Shown here in pieces: positions 45,122 through 54,681 of a DNA stretch of 64,000 bases. Source of the DNA: Bacillota bacterium (GTDB lineage Bacteria > Bacillota > SHA-98 > UBA4971); NCBI GenBank assembly GCA_030024085.1, contig JASEJE010000020.1:129-64128 (forward strand). The letters run 5' to 3'. Made by a program: the position numbers and the translations under genes. Numbering within the stretch: the first letter of the stretch is position 1; the number at the start of each line of letters is the position of its first letter. The notes beneath the pieces were generated by a model. That model saw nothing but the letters and a program-made list of their open reading frames with translations, ran no database searches and was not told where the DNA came from.

Positions 45122-46210
45122 TCAGGAGGGCAAGGGCGTATTCTGCTGCCGGCCCGCGAATCCCCGAACCCGATCATCGAGCGCTGGGGCGTCCGTCGCG
45201 CGTCTGCCGGCCACGACGTCCTCATAGGCCGCGGCGGTGGCCTTTGCGGCATGTTCCCACGTAAAGCGTTCTCTCACGAGGACCGCGAGATCCTGCCGTC
45301 GCGGCGCGCTGTATGCCGCCACAACCGCGTCCCTTAGCGACTCGGCGTCGGCTGGGTCGCAGTACCAGGCGAGGTCTCCGAAGTAATCGCGTGTGGTGCC
45401 CCTGTCGGTAGACACGATGTTGCAGCCCGCCATCGCCGCCTCGAGACTTGCGAGGCCCGGCGTCTCGAACCAGCTCGGCAGCACGTGCACCCTCGCCGCG
45501 GCGTAGGCACAGGCGATCTGCGACTGAGGCATGAACCCGAGGAAATGGTGGCACGAGTCGGCCTCCTTCTTGCAAGCCTCGAAGTAGAACGGGTCGTTCA
45601 CCGGCCCGATGAACACCACGGGTAAGCCGAGGCCCCGCGTGGCCCTCACGAGGGCGAGCTGGTTCTTTCTCGGCGAGATCCTGGCGCAGCACAGCACGAA
45701 GTCGGCGACCGCGAACCGCGACGTAAACGCGCCGGGGTCGGCATCCGCGAAGCCCGGGTCGGCTCCGTTTGGCACCACGCGGTACGGCGCCACGACCCCG
45801 AGGTCCTTCTCGATGAGCCGCGCCTCGGCCTCGGCGTTCGGCAGGAGCATGGCCGTGCGCTCCACCACCCTGCGTCGCAACGGGTTGTCCCGGCGCCAGT
45901 ATTTCAAGAGCGCGCCCTGCTGCCGCGGGCTCTCATGCAAGATGTACTCCTCAGGGTTCCAGTAGATGGACGACACCACCACAGGCTTGCCCCGCCGCAC
46001 GGCGTTCTCGCACTGGGCCGCGGTCTCCGCCACCCTCGTCAGGTTGAAGAGATGCACGAGGTCATACCCGTCGAGGTCCGGCGCGAGCTCGCTCGTATGG
46101 TCCACCGTCACCCCGAGCGCTTGAAGCGCCCTCTTCGTCTCCAGGAGTTGCACGGTATCACCTGCAGGAAGGACGAGAAGGTCGGCCCTGCTCTGGAGAA
46201 GGACCCGCAT
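45122..46210 (-). CDS. GT4-family glycosyltransferase
   Basis: Motifs ISPRKNQ and PSWFETPGLASLEAAMAGCNIV (E-x7-E). 362 aa. Confidence 0.8.
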   Translation of the reverse strand: MRVLLQSRADLLVLPAGDTVQLLETKRALQALGVTVDHTSELAPDLDGYDLVHLFNLTRVAETAAQCENAVRRGKPVVVSSIYWNPEEYILHESPRQQGALLKYWRRDNPLRRRVVERTAMLLPNAEAEARLIEKDLGVVAPYRVVPNGADPGFADADPGAFTSRFAVADFVLCCARISPRKNQLALVRATRGLGLPVVFIGPVNDPFYFEACKKEADSCHHFLGFMPQSQIACAYAAARVHVLPSWFETPGLASLEAAMAGCNIVSTDRGTTRDYFGDLAWYCDPADAESLRDAVVAAYSAPRRQDLAVLVRERFTWEHAAKATAAAYEDVVAGRRATDAPALDDRVRGFAGRQQNTPLPS

Positions 46211-46322
46211 GTGTTCACCCCCTCACAACGTGTTAGCCCCCTCGCATTGGAAAGGCAGGTATCATCCCTGATACCTGCCCTGGTTTGTGGCCCGCCGGTC
46301 CCGGCCGCACCGCACTGCAGGG

Positions 46323-48617
46323 CTACGGATCGACGACGACCGGGATCTGATCGAACTGAGTGACCTTCACGTCTATCCTGATGACGACCTTCTCCGTGAA
46401 ACTGCCGGTCGCAGGGTCGAACTCCCAGACGATGTTCTCGATGAACGAGTGGTCCTGCTCGTCCATGCCCTCGCGCACCGGCACGTCGGGGTTGATCGGA
46501 GTGACCTCCACCATCTCGCTGAACGGCAGGTCCTCCGCCAGATGGTGGACGAGATCGTCGGTGCCCACGTAGAAGATCTGCTTGTGCACGACGCCCTGCA
46601 CTATGACCTTGCCGTTCTTCACGATGGAGCCGATCTCGCTGATCCTGGCCTCCACGTCCACGATCTTGGTGGCCGGGAGGGTCTTCGTCTCCTCGATGAG
46701 CTTCTGCTTCGTGCCGTGCCCGACCACGAGGTCGGTCGCGATGACGGTACCGTATGGCTCCACGGCAACAGGTATCTGCTCCATCTCCGTGACCTTCACG
46801 CCAAGGAGCAGGATTATCTTCTGCGTGAGCGTCCCGGTGGCCGGGTCGAACTCGAACACGAGGTTGTCGACGATGGAGTGATCCTGCGAATCCATGCCCT
46901 CCTGCACCGGGAAGTTCGGGTTGAGTGGCGGCACCTCCACGAGGTCACTGAAGGCGATGTCCTCAGCGATGTGGTGAACGAGGTCGTCGGTGCCGACGAA
47001 GAAGATCTGCTTGTGCAGCGTGCCCTGGACGATGACCTTCCCGTTCTTGACGATGTGCTTTATCCTGGATATGCGCGGGATGATCTCCATCACCTTCGTA
47101 GCAGGGATTGTCTTCGTTTCTTCGATGAACTTCTGCTTCGTGGCCTCGCCAACCACCACCGCGGCCTTGATGAACGTGCCGTATGGCGAGAGTGCCACAG
47201 CGATCTGCTCCGTGTCCGTGACCTTTACCTGCAGCCTGAGTACGATCTTCTGGGTTAGAGCGCCGGTCGCAGGGTCGAACTCGAACACGTTGTTCTCGAT
47301 GACCGACATGTCGCGCTGGTTCATGCCCTCGGTGACCGGACGGGCCGGGTCGAGCGGCACCACGTCCACGAGCTCGCTGAAGTCCATATCCTCGGCAAGG
47401 TGGTGCTCCAGGTTATCCGTCCCGATGTAGAAGATCTGCTTGTGGACCGTGCCCTGGACGATGACCTTGCCGTTCTTCACGATGGACCTCACGTTGGTCA
47501 GGACGGGAACGATCTCCACTATCTTGATGGCCGGAACGGTCTTCGTCTCCTCCAGCAGCACCTGCCTCGTGCCGTGGCCGATGACCCTCTCCACCTTGAT
47601 CGTTGCCTTCTGGTCCACGATCTGTGTTATGTCAATCATCTGCGAGCCTCCTTTCAAGCTCCTGCCGGAGCTTTCTGGTGAGCGCCTGAGGAAGGCGGGC
47701 CCCGCCTTCCGCGCGTCCCCCCTTTCCTTGAGTTGTGGTCTATGCTGATCGGACGGGCGTAAACGCCCCTGGGTTTGATCGTTCGTGTGGGCACCGCGCA
47801 AGAACGTAGCGTCCTGCTCCCGACGGACTGCGCCTGAAAGGGCGACCGCGTCGTGGCCTCGCATGCCAGGCGGATGATCCCCCCGGAACTCAGGCAGCGG
47901 TCCAGAGCCGCCTGCAGGCGCGGGCGATGAGTCAGGGTCTGAGATGGCATGCGGGGTGGTGTCGCCACGGACCTCGTCTGGGCCGTGCCCGGTGCTCCCG
48001 ACACAGTGTCGAGAGCCTTCGGCGGCCGGTCGCGCCAGCCTGTCGCTTCGCCATGAGGTACCGGCGGCCAGGAAAAGGTGTCTCCGTTGTCGAGCTGGTA
48101 GGGAATTCCCGGGGTTGCCAGGCATTGCCGGGGCGCCGCCGATGGGTTCGGACTCGAGGGCAGCGGGCGCGCCATGAGGCCAGTCGGCCGGGCCGTCGGC
48201 GCCTGGGCTGACTGGGGAGAGGGTCTTGCCTGCGCCGTCGCGGTGCGCGTTGATCGAGGCAGGCGTGCTGGTACAGGTGGAAGCAGGGCTCGCATCTCGC
48301 GGATAGCGCGGGATGTCCGAGCCGCAGGGGGTGGGCGCGTCGCAGCGCGTCCTTCGCGCTCGCGAGGCATCGCTCGTCGCAACATCGCGGGCCACAGGTA
48401 TCGGCGCAGCCGCAGGAGGTACGTCGCGCCCTGTAAGCGAAGCCGTCCGGCGCCCTCGCCTGCGTAGCGACGTGCCGAGCACAGCCCCCATAACCGCAAG
48501 GGCCACGAAGACGATTATGATGAGCTGCCATCCGACGCCAAATGCCACAGCCGGTCCCTTCTCCCTGGCTTTCTCCCTATATCGTATTGACATCCCTGGC
48601 GAAGTGTGATGGGTCAC
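46323..48617 (-). CDS. DUF3794 protein with three near-identical ~130-aa repeats; N-terminal extent ambiguous
   Basis: Repeats VIGHGTRQVLLEETKTVPAIKIVEI... / VVGEATKQKFIEETKTIPATKVMEI... / VVGHGTKQKLIEETKTLPATKIVDV... Strong internal start MIDITQ at ~47639 with GAAAGGAGG. In-frame upstream ~1 kb encodes a putative TM helix (WQLIIIVFVALAVMGAVLG) plus a Pro/Arg/Ala-rich region. Confidence 0.7.
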   Translation of the reverse strand: MTHHTSPGMSIRYREKAREKGPAVAFGVGWQLIIIVFVALAVMGAVLGTSLRRRGRRTASLTGRDVPPAAAPIPVARDVATSDASRARRTRCDAPTPCGSDIPRYPRDASPASTCTSTPASINAHRDGAGKTLSPVSPGADGPADWPHGAPAALESEPIGGAPAMPGNPGNSLPARQRRHLFLAAGTSWRSDRLARPAAEGSRHCVGSTGHGPDEVRGDTTPHAISDPDSSPAPAGGSGPLPEFRGDHPPGMRGHDAVALSGAVRREQDATFLRGAHTNDQTQGRLRPSDQHRPQLKERGDARKAGPAFLRRSPESSGRSLKGGSQMIDITQIVDQKATIKVERVIGHGTRQVLLEETKTVPAIKIVEIVPVLTNVRSIVKNGKVIVQGTVHKQIFYIGTDNLEHHLAEDMDFSELVDVVPLDPARPVTEGMNQRDMSVIENNVFEFDPATGALTQKIVLRLQVKVTDTEQIAVALSPYGTFIKAAVVVGEATKQKFIEETKTIPATKVMEIIPRISRIKHIVKNGKVIVQGTLHKQIFFVGTDDLVHHIAEDIAFSDLVEVPPLNPNFPVQEGMDSQDHSIVDNLVFEFDPATGTLTQKIILLLGVKVTEMEQIPVAVEPYGTVIATDLVVGHGTKQKLIEETKTLPATKIVDVEARISEIGSIVKNGKVIVQGVVHKQIFYVGTDDLVHHLAEDLPFSEMVEVTPINPDVPVREGMDEQDHSFIENIVWEFDPATGSFTEKVVIRIDVKVTQFDQIPVVVDP

Positions 48618-50749
48618 GGATTGAAGGTCGCTCCCGTGACAACCGACACCGGGACGGGGCCGATCGTCCCGTCCACGATTCTCACGAGCGGGATCGTCTG
48701 CCGGGTGACCGTGGCTACCCTGGGGCCGGTGAGATCGGTGACGATGTCAAGCGGGCGCCGCGTCACGGTCCCGTCTTCCACAACGTCGACCAGGAACCTC
48801 TCCCTGGTCACAATGACGCCCGGCCCGATCACGTTCGTGACGACCTGGTACACCTGCTCCCTAGCGCAGCTCACGGTGACCAGGAGGATCACAAGCTGGT
48901 GAAAGACCGTGCCATTCTGGACTATCTTGACGATGACGTTCTCCACACGGGCGGAGGCGGAGATGGATGCGCCAGGCACGAGACCAGGGCAGTCCACGAG
49001 TGCGCTGAAGGGAAGCGTCTCCTCGACGTGATGGACGATGTCGTCGGTGCCGACGAAGAATACCTGCTTTATCACGACGCCCTCCACAAGGACGCTCTCT
49101 CCCATGACGCTGGCAGTAACGCCCTCGACGACGGTATCGACCGAACGTACCTTGATTGCGGGCACAGGCGCCGGGATAGTCCCCTCCAGGAGCAGCTGCT
49201 TCTCAGCCTGCGCCATCTCCGTCACCAGAATCCTCGCGAACTCGATGGTGATCGGGAGGACCCGCGTGATTATCTTCTCAACCAGAATCTGCGCGGCGCC
49301 CTCACCGATCACCTGCTGCACTTTCACCAGAAGGCCGTACGGTTCGACCGCAACGGGGATCTGGACCGTCTCCGTGACGGTCACGAAAATGTCGGCGATG
49401 ACTTTCTCCGAGATGTTCGTCCCCGTCTGGGCCGGGTCGAACACGACCGCCCGGACCTCGGGTCTCACGAACACGTTGAGGCCCGGCCTTGCGCCCGGCA
49501 CCTCCGCGAAATCACTGAATGGGATGGTGAAGGTCTCGGTAGCCTGCGTGCCCGCTGCGGTCACGTAGGTCACATCCTTGACTATGGCTCCCTGTATGAT
49601 CACTTTGTCCTCGATGGGGCGGGCCCGCACTCCATCGACCCGGGCAGTGATCCCGACGAGGCCCGTAGCCGGCTGTGAAAGGGTCACCGTTGTCTCCTCG
49701 AGTACCTCGGTTGAACCCTGCCCCAGCACGCGCTCTGTCTTGATGAGGGGACCTTCACCCATCGCCAGGACTATCTCGACGGTCTCCGTGACCTTCACAA
49801 AGACGTCGAGGAGCACCTCCTGGGCCACGAGGGTGCCCGTGGGGTCGAGGGAGAACGCCACGTCCCTGACATCCGGGTGCACCTGCACGTTCATCCCCGG
49901 CAGTGCCCCAGGGATGGCAGCGGTCACGGAGAAGTGCGCCACCACCCCCTGGTGGCGGTTCGAGCCGTCGGTGGCCACAAAGAATATCTGCTTCAGGATA
50001 TTGCCGCTCACCACGACCTCGCCAGGGTTCACCGTGATACCGGTGATCTCGGGCGTGGCGCGTATTTCCGTCACCTTCGTGGCCGGCACATCGAGCGTCA
50101 CCGTGCCGGTCTCCAGCACCTGTTCGATGGTCTCACCGACGACTGCTTCGGTGATCACCGGCGTGCCATACGGGTCCTCAGCGACGTGGATCTGGACGAA
50201 GTCGGTGACCACCACGTCCACATCGACGATCACCTTCTGGAAGATCTGGTTTCCGTCGGGGCTGAGCACCGCTATGACATTGAAGATGCTCGGATGCACC
50301 TGGACAAGCATCCCGGGCCTGGCGCCCGGGACGTCCACGAGGGCGGAGAAACGCATCTCTTCCGGGAAGTGGTGGACGATGTTGTCCTCGCCCACGAAGA
50401 AAACCTGCTTTGCAATGATGCCCTGGACTATCACCTTGTCGGGGATCACTTCAACGCCGACGCTTCTGACATCGGCGCGGATCTCCTTTATCTTGAGGGC
50501 TCTCATCGGCAGGGTGAATTGCACCTCGGGGCTGTTCGAAGTCCTCCCTGCGCTCGTCATGTGCTCGCCTCCCCCGGGCCTCCGCTCCGCTGCATGGATC
50601 GCACGCAGAGTGAGGGTTCGTTTCGCAAAGTCGGAGCATTTCTCCGTCCTCACCAGGCGCTCTGCTAAGTTCGGCAGCCTTACACCATATTTTATGAACC
50701 CGCGCCGTCCCTTGCCATCAGACTCCTGATACTGCCCTGTTACCTGCAT
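48614..50749 (-). CDS. multi-repeat DUF3794 protein (~5 repeats)
   Basis: Probable start MRALKIKEIRADV (~50506). Repeats such as VIVQGIIAKQVFFVGEDNIVHHFPEEMRFSALVDVPGARPGM. Stop overlaps the next DUF3794 ORF start. Confidence 0.7.
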   Translation of the reverse strand: MQVTGQYQESDGKGRRGFIKYGVRLPNLAERLVRTEKCSDFAKRTLTLRAIHAAERRPGGGEHMTSAGRTSNSPEVQFTLPMRALKIKEIRADVRSVGVEVIPDKVIVQGIIAKQVFFVGEDNIVHHFPEEMRFSALVDVPGARPGMLVQVHPSIFNVIAVLSPDGNQIFQKVIVDVDVVVTDFVQIHVAEDPYGTPVITEAVVGETIEQVLETGTVTLDVPATKVTEIRATPEITGITVNPGEVVVSGNILKQIFFVATDGSNRHQGVVAHFSVTAAIPGALPGMNVQVHPDVRDVAFSLDPTGTLVAQEVLLDVFVKVTETVEIVLAMGEGPLIKTERVLGQGSTEVLEETTVTLSQPATGLVGITARVDGVRARPIEDKVIIQGAIVKDVTYVTAAGTQATETFTIPFSDFAEVPGARPGLNVFVRPEVRAVVFDPAQTGTNISEKVIADIFVTVTETVQIPVAVEPYGLLVKVQQVIGEGAAQILVEKIITRVLPITIEFARILVTEMAQAEKQLLLEGTIPAPVPAIKVRSVDTVVEGVTASVMGESVLVEGVVIKQVFFVGTDDIVHHVEETLPFSALVDCPGLVPGASISASARVENVIVKIVQNGTVFHQLVILLVTVSCAREQVYQVVTNVIGPGVIVTRERFLVDVVEDGTVTRRPLDIVTDLTGPRVATVTRQTIPLVRIVDGTIGPVPVSVVTGATFNP

Positions 50750-50862
50750 CCTTACTCAGTCATCTCGACGTCGCGCCTTTGATCTCGGCGTCGCCCCTGC
50801 CGTCACGTGCGGCAAGAGAGAGGTCCCCGGACGCGTCCCGGTCTCGTACAAACGAGCCTGAT

Positions 50863-52386
50863 CTATCCGCCCAGCCTGCGGATCACCTCAGCCGCGGCAT
50901 GCTCCCATGTGAAGCCTGCCACCACACGGCTGCGGGCGAGGCGCCCCTTTGCGGCGGCCTCCTCCCTGTGGGCGAATATGTGGCGCAGGAGGCGGCAGAG
51001 GTCTCCCTCGTCCGGCTCTGCCCAGACAGGCGGCCCGCATGTAGGGAAGTCGCCGACGCGGTTCTCCGGAAAGACCGACTCCCTCGCAGGGATCAGGTAT
51101 GCCACGTCAGGGCCGCAGAAGTCGAGCCCAGCCCCGTGCCCGGTCACGATGACCGGCTTCCCGCAGGCCATGGCCTCGAGCGCCGGAAGGCCGAACCCCT
51201 CCGCCCTGTACGGGAGAACCAGGCAGTCGCAGGCAGTGTAGTAACCCGGCATCATCCATGGGTCGGCCTCGCCGTACAGGTACACCACGTCCGGCGCGTC
51301 CGGGTCCGCCCGCGCAGCCGCGATCGCACCCTCTACCGTCCCGTAGAAATAGTCCTTCACTACCAGCGAGACGTCGTCGGACCTTCGAAACGCCCGAACG
51401 TACGCCCTGAGCAGCACGTCGAAACCCTTGCGGCTCGTGGCGGCACCCCCGACGAAGAGGAACCTGTACCCGCGTGCCGTCGGAATGGACACACACGGCG
51501 CCTCGGGGTGAAACACGGTGGGATCGACTCCCGGATGGACCACGGCCACCTTCTCCGGGGCGATCCCGCTTCTCACGTAGCAGTCGCGCACGTAGCGCGA
51601 GTACGCCCACACCTCGTCCACGTTCTGCGCCACGGGGCAGACCCACGCGGACGGCAGGTACCCGTATTCCCACGGGAGGATGAGGACGAACTTCTCGCGG
51701 ACGTGTGGCCGCCTGAAATCAGGCGGCCACACGTGCCTCACATGCACGGCGGTCGCGGCTCCGACGTCCGGGCTCGTTCCCCGCCACGGCTCTAGAGGCC
51801 CCATGGCAGCGCGAACCGGCTCGTACCTGCACCAGGACAGCGGACAGGCCCGGTCTCCCTCGGCGTGATGCGGCGGAGCGTCCGGAGCACCAGCAAGGCT
51901 GGGGGCAGGGGCAGAGGTAGGGGCTATGGCATGAACCGGGGCAGGGCCGGGAGTAGGAGCAGGGCGGACGGCAACGCCCTTCCTCAGAAGTGCGAGCACC
52001 ATCTCCCTGTTTACATGGGCGAAGCTATGCACGCCTGTGAAGTCGCCTTCCCAGACAAGAGCCGGAGGCGAGCAGCGTTCTACCCTGCCGTGCGGTCCTG
52101 GCGGCGGCCCAGGCATCACTCCCCCGGCTATCGCCGATCCCGCCGCTCTTCCCATTCTCCAACCCCCTCCCGCCCTCGCTGTTGGTGACGACGTTTCCGC
52201 CCAGCCCCCTCCTGTCGCCGCCCGCAGCGCAGATCCCGCCGGCGCCGGCGGCGGCGCAACCTCCGCCGCAGCCTTTGCCGTGTAGCCCACCACAGCACGG
52301 CGCACCGTGGCGCGGCTCACTGCGCCGCCGCTACTACATGATCGCCCCGGCACGCTCGCCTTCCTCCAGCCTCGCGCGCCGTTCAT
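50863..52386 (-). CDS. GT4-family glycosyltransferase with Ala/Pro/Gly-rich N-terminal region
   Basis: C-terminal GKPVIVTGHGAGLDFCGPDVAYLI and FGLPALEAMACGKPV (E-x7-E). N-terminal ~150 aa low complexity; true start uncertain. Confidence 0.65.
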   Translation of the reverse strand: MNGARGWRKASVPGRSCSSGGAVSRATVRRAVVGYTAKAAAEVAPPPAPAGSALRAATGGGWAETSSPTARAGGGWRMGRAAGSAIAGGVMPGPPPGPHGRVERCSPPALVWEGDFTGVHSFAHVNREMVLALLRKGVAVRPAPTPGPAPVHAIAPTSAPAPSLAGAPDAPPHHAEGDRACPLSWCRYEPVRAAMGPLEPWRGTSPDVGAATAVHVRHVWPPDFRRPHVREKFVLILPWEYGYLPSAWVCPVAQNVDEVWAYSRYVRDCYVRSGIAPEKVAVVHPGVDPTVFHPEAPCVSIPTARGYRFLFVGGAATSRKGFDVLLRAYVRAFRRSDDVSLVVKDYFYGTVEGAIAAARADPDAPDVVYLYGEADPWMMPGYYTACDCLVLPYRAEGFGLPALEAMACGKPVIVTGHGAGLDFCGPDVAYLIPARESVFPENRVGDFPTCGPPVWAEPDEGDLCRLLRHIFAHREEAAAKGRLARSRVVAGFTWEHAAAEVIRRLGG

Positions 52387-53117
52387 GCCAGGCCCATCCT
52401 CTGTCGGATATAGTCGGCGATCACCTCAGGATGGCCGCGGGTGAACGGCCTTACGGGACGGTCATCGAGGATGCTGTCGGGCGAAATCCCCTCGTACGCG
52501 TTCTCCCCCTTCCCTTCGAGCATCGCGTACTTGACCCATCTCTTGAACACTTCGCGCTGGGGCTTCACGTACCCGTAATGGGCGAAGTGCAGGCCCGAGT
52601 CGGCTACGTTCGGCCCGGTGCCTTCGAGTCGCTCGTGGACCGCGCCGACCCACCGGAGGCCGGGCCTCCGCCTCACCAGGAAGAACTCCCTGCGGTACAG
52701 CGGGTCGCGGTCGCTCCGATTCTGCATAAGGTGCGGCTCCCGCATGAGGTGATAGAACCAGCAGTAGTAGACGTCTACGTATGGATTACGGATGAGCCTC
52801 GGGACCACCTCGTCGATGTCCCTATAGAACACCATGTCGGCGTCCATCGGCACGAGCCAGTCCCCGGTGGCCGCCTCAAGGGCCATGTTCCTGTTCACCG
52901 AGTAGTCAGGGCTATCGCAGTAAAGCACCGTGCGCGTTTTCCCGAAGCCTTTCGCGATCTCAACCGTGCGGTCGCTGGAATGGCCGTCCACCACGACGAT
53001 CTCATCCACCACGTTGTATATGGACTTGATTGAGAACGGGAGGAACTCCTCTTCGTTCTTCACGATGTACATGGCGCTCACCGTGCAGGTTGACATGAAC
53101 TCACCCCCCTCTCCCAA
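52383..53117 (-). CDS. GT2-family glycosyltransferase (small, SpsA-like)
   Basis: MYIVKNEEEFLPFSIKSIYNVVDEIVVVDGHSSDRT...DADMVFY (DxD-type nucleotide-sugar-binding region). Start probably MSTCTV (~53096). Confidence 0.7.
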   Translation of the reverse strand: MGEGGEFMSTCTVSAMYIVKNEEEFLPFSIKSIYNVVDEIVVVDGHSSDRTVEIAKGFGKTRTVLYCDSPDYSVNRNMALEAATGDWLVPMDADMVFYRDIDEVVPRLIRNPYVDVYYCWFYHLMREPHLMQNRSDRDPLYRREFFLVRRRPGLRWVGAVHERLEGTGPNVADSGLHFAHYGYVKPQREVFKRWVKYAMLEGKGENAYEGISPDSILDDRPVRPFTRGHPEVIADYIRQRMGLA

Positions 53118-54681
53118 ACCGTCTGACCACCCTCGCCCATACCTCGTCGGGTACCGCCGGAATCCGGCGAAGGTCGCCCGGTTCGCCGACGGACCAGTCC
53201 TGGTCGCCCTCGCCCGCCGTTGTCGCTGTAGAAGCGCCGGTCGACGTCGACCCGGAGGGCTCGCCGCTTGCCATGGTGGCGAGACGAGCGTACAGGCGTG
53301 CGTGTCGCCTTGCTATCTGCGCCCAGCTGTTGATCTCCACGTACCTGCGGATCCGGTACACCATCTCCTCGCGCCTGGCCGGGCTGGCCATAAGGTACAG
53401 GACCGCCTCCGCTATGTGCGCCGGGTCCGCAGACGGGATCTTGTAGACCTCCCCGTCGAGGTCGTCGAAGTAAGGAATGTCCGTGGCGATGATGGGCTTC
53501 TCCGCAGCCATGAGCGCGCGCACCGCCGAGGAGGTGCCGACGTACGCCACCTCCTTGTAAGGAAGGACGTTTATGTCCATGGCGTGCAGGATGTTCACCG
53601 CCTCCTGCACCGAGAGGTAATCCGTGCGCAGCACGAACCCATCGGCAAGCCCCGCGTCCCTGAGAAGGGCCGCAAGCTCGCCTGCATACCCGCTGCCGAA
53701 AAAGGCGGGGGCAGCCAGGGCATACACCTTCAGGTGGGGGTAGACTGTCTCCCGAAGGGACCTTGCAGCGACCGCAAGCTCGATGATACCCTTCTGCGGG
53801 AGCGCAAACCCGAAGTACCCGAGGGCAGGCCCGGTGCCCACGCCCAGGCTTGCGCGGACCGCACTCTCGTCGGTGAGAGCCACTCGCGGACAGCCCATGG
53901 GGATCACGTGGATATGGTCCCGGCTGACGCCGAGCATTGAAAGCTCATCGCGCAGCCGGGCGCTGTGGACGATCACCTCGCCGAACTCGTCCCTTATGAG
54001 GTTGTTCGCCGCCGCCTGGCCCGGGAGGAAGTCATGGACCGTGGCAATGACGCGGATGCCCCTGGCTTTGAGCTGTCGGACGAGGCGACGGAGATACCCC
54101 GGCTCGAACAGCTGGTACTCGAACTGCACGTGGGCGATGTGAAATCCCCCGCGCCGCACGAGCGCGAATACCTCCCCGTCCTGTCCTCTTGCGACTTCGG
54201 CCGTGTATCCCTGCGCGCGCAGCTCGTCAACGAGGAATCTCGTGTATTCCGCGACGCCGCACCGCTGTCCCCACGAAGGGACGACCACCAGGATCCCCGG
54301 CTGGGGCCGCAAATGGCTCCCCAGTTCCGGACACGGGTGCGAGCATGCATGGGAATGGCGGCAGGGGCGGGGCAAAGCGCCCTGGCACACACCTGGTCGC
54401 GTGCCTGCCCGCGTGCCTGCACGTGTGCAGGCACGCGGGCCTTGACGCGCGTCCGGCATCGCCTCCAGGCGGTGTGCGGCCGCGGGCTCAGCCATGGCGG
54501 CGCCGTCGCGCTGGACGAAAGTGCGGTTCCCGGGAAGCACCTGGAAGGCCTGCGGGCATGGCGGGCCCTGTAGGCCCTGCGCGCTCCGCCATGCTCGCGC
54601 ACTCGTGCCGAGTTGCATGCCGGAGACCCAGGTGGATCGGCAGGCTCTATGATACATGCGATGACACCTCCGAATGCCCAT
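53101..54681 (-). CDS. GT4-family glycosyltransferase, paralog of the N-terminal half of the next gene
   Basis: VVPSWGQRCGVAEYTRFLVDELRAQG...IAHVQFEYQLF mirrors VVPSWGKRCGISNYARALVEGLETCG...IVHFQYEFVLY in the 54647..57343 gene. Low-complexity termini. Confidence 0.65.
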   Translation of the reverse strand: MGIRRCHRMYHRACRSTWVSGMQLGTSARAWRSAQGLQGPPCPQAFQVLPGNRTFVQRDGAAMAEPAAAHRLEAMPDARQGPRACTRAGTRAGTRPGVCQGALPRPCRHSHACSHPCPELGSHLRPQPGILVVVPSWGQRCGVAEYTRFLVDELRAQGYTAEVARGQDGEVFALVRRGGFHIAHVQFEYQLFEPGYLRRLVRQLKARGIRVIATVHDFLPGQAAANNLIRDEFGEVIVHSARLRDELSMLGVSRDHIHVIPMGCPRVALTDESAVRASLGVGTGPALGYFGFALPQKGIIELAVAARSLRETVYPHLKVYALAAPAFFGSGYAGELAALLRDAGLADGFVLRTDYLSVQEAVNILHAMDINVLPYKEVAYVGTSSAVRALMAAEKPIIATDIPYFDDLDGEVYKIPSADPAHIAEAVLYLMASPARREEMVYRIRRYVEINSWAQIARRHARLYARLATMASGEPSGSTSTGASTATTAGEGDQDWSVGEPGDLRRIPAVPDEVWARVVRRFGRGG

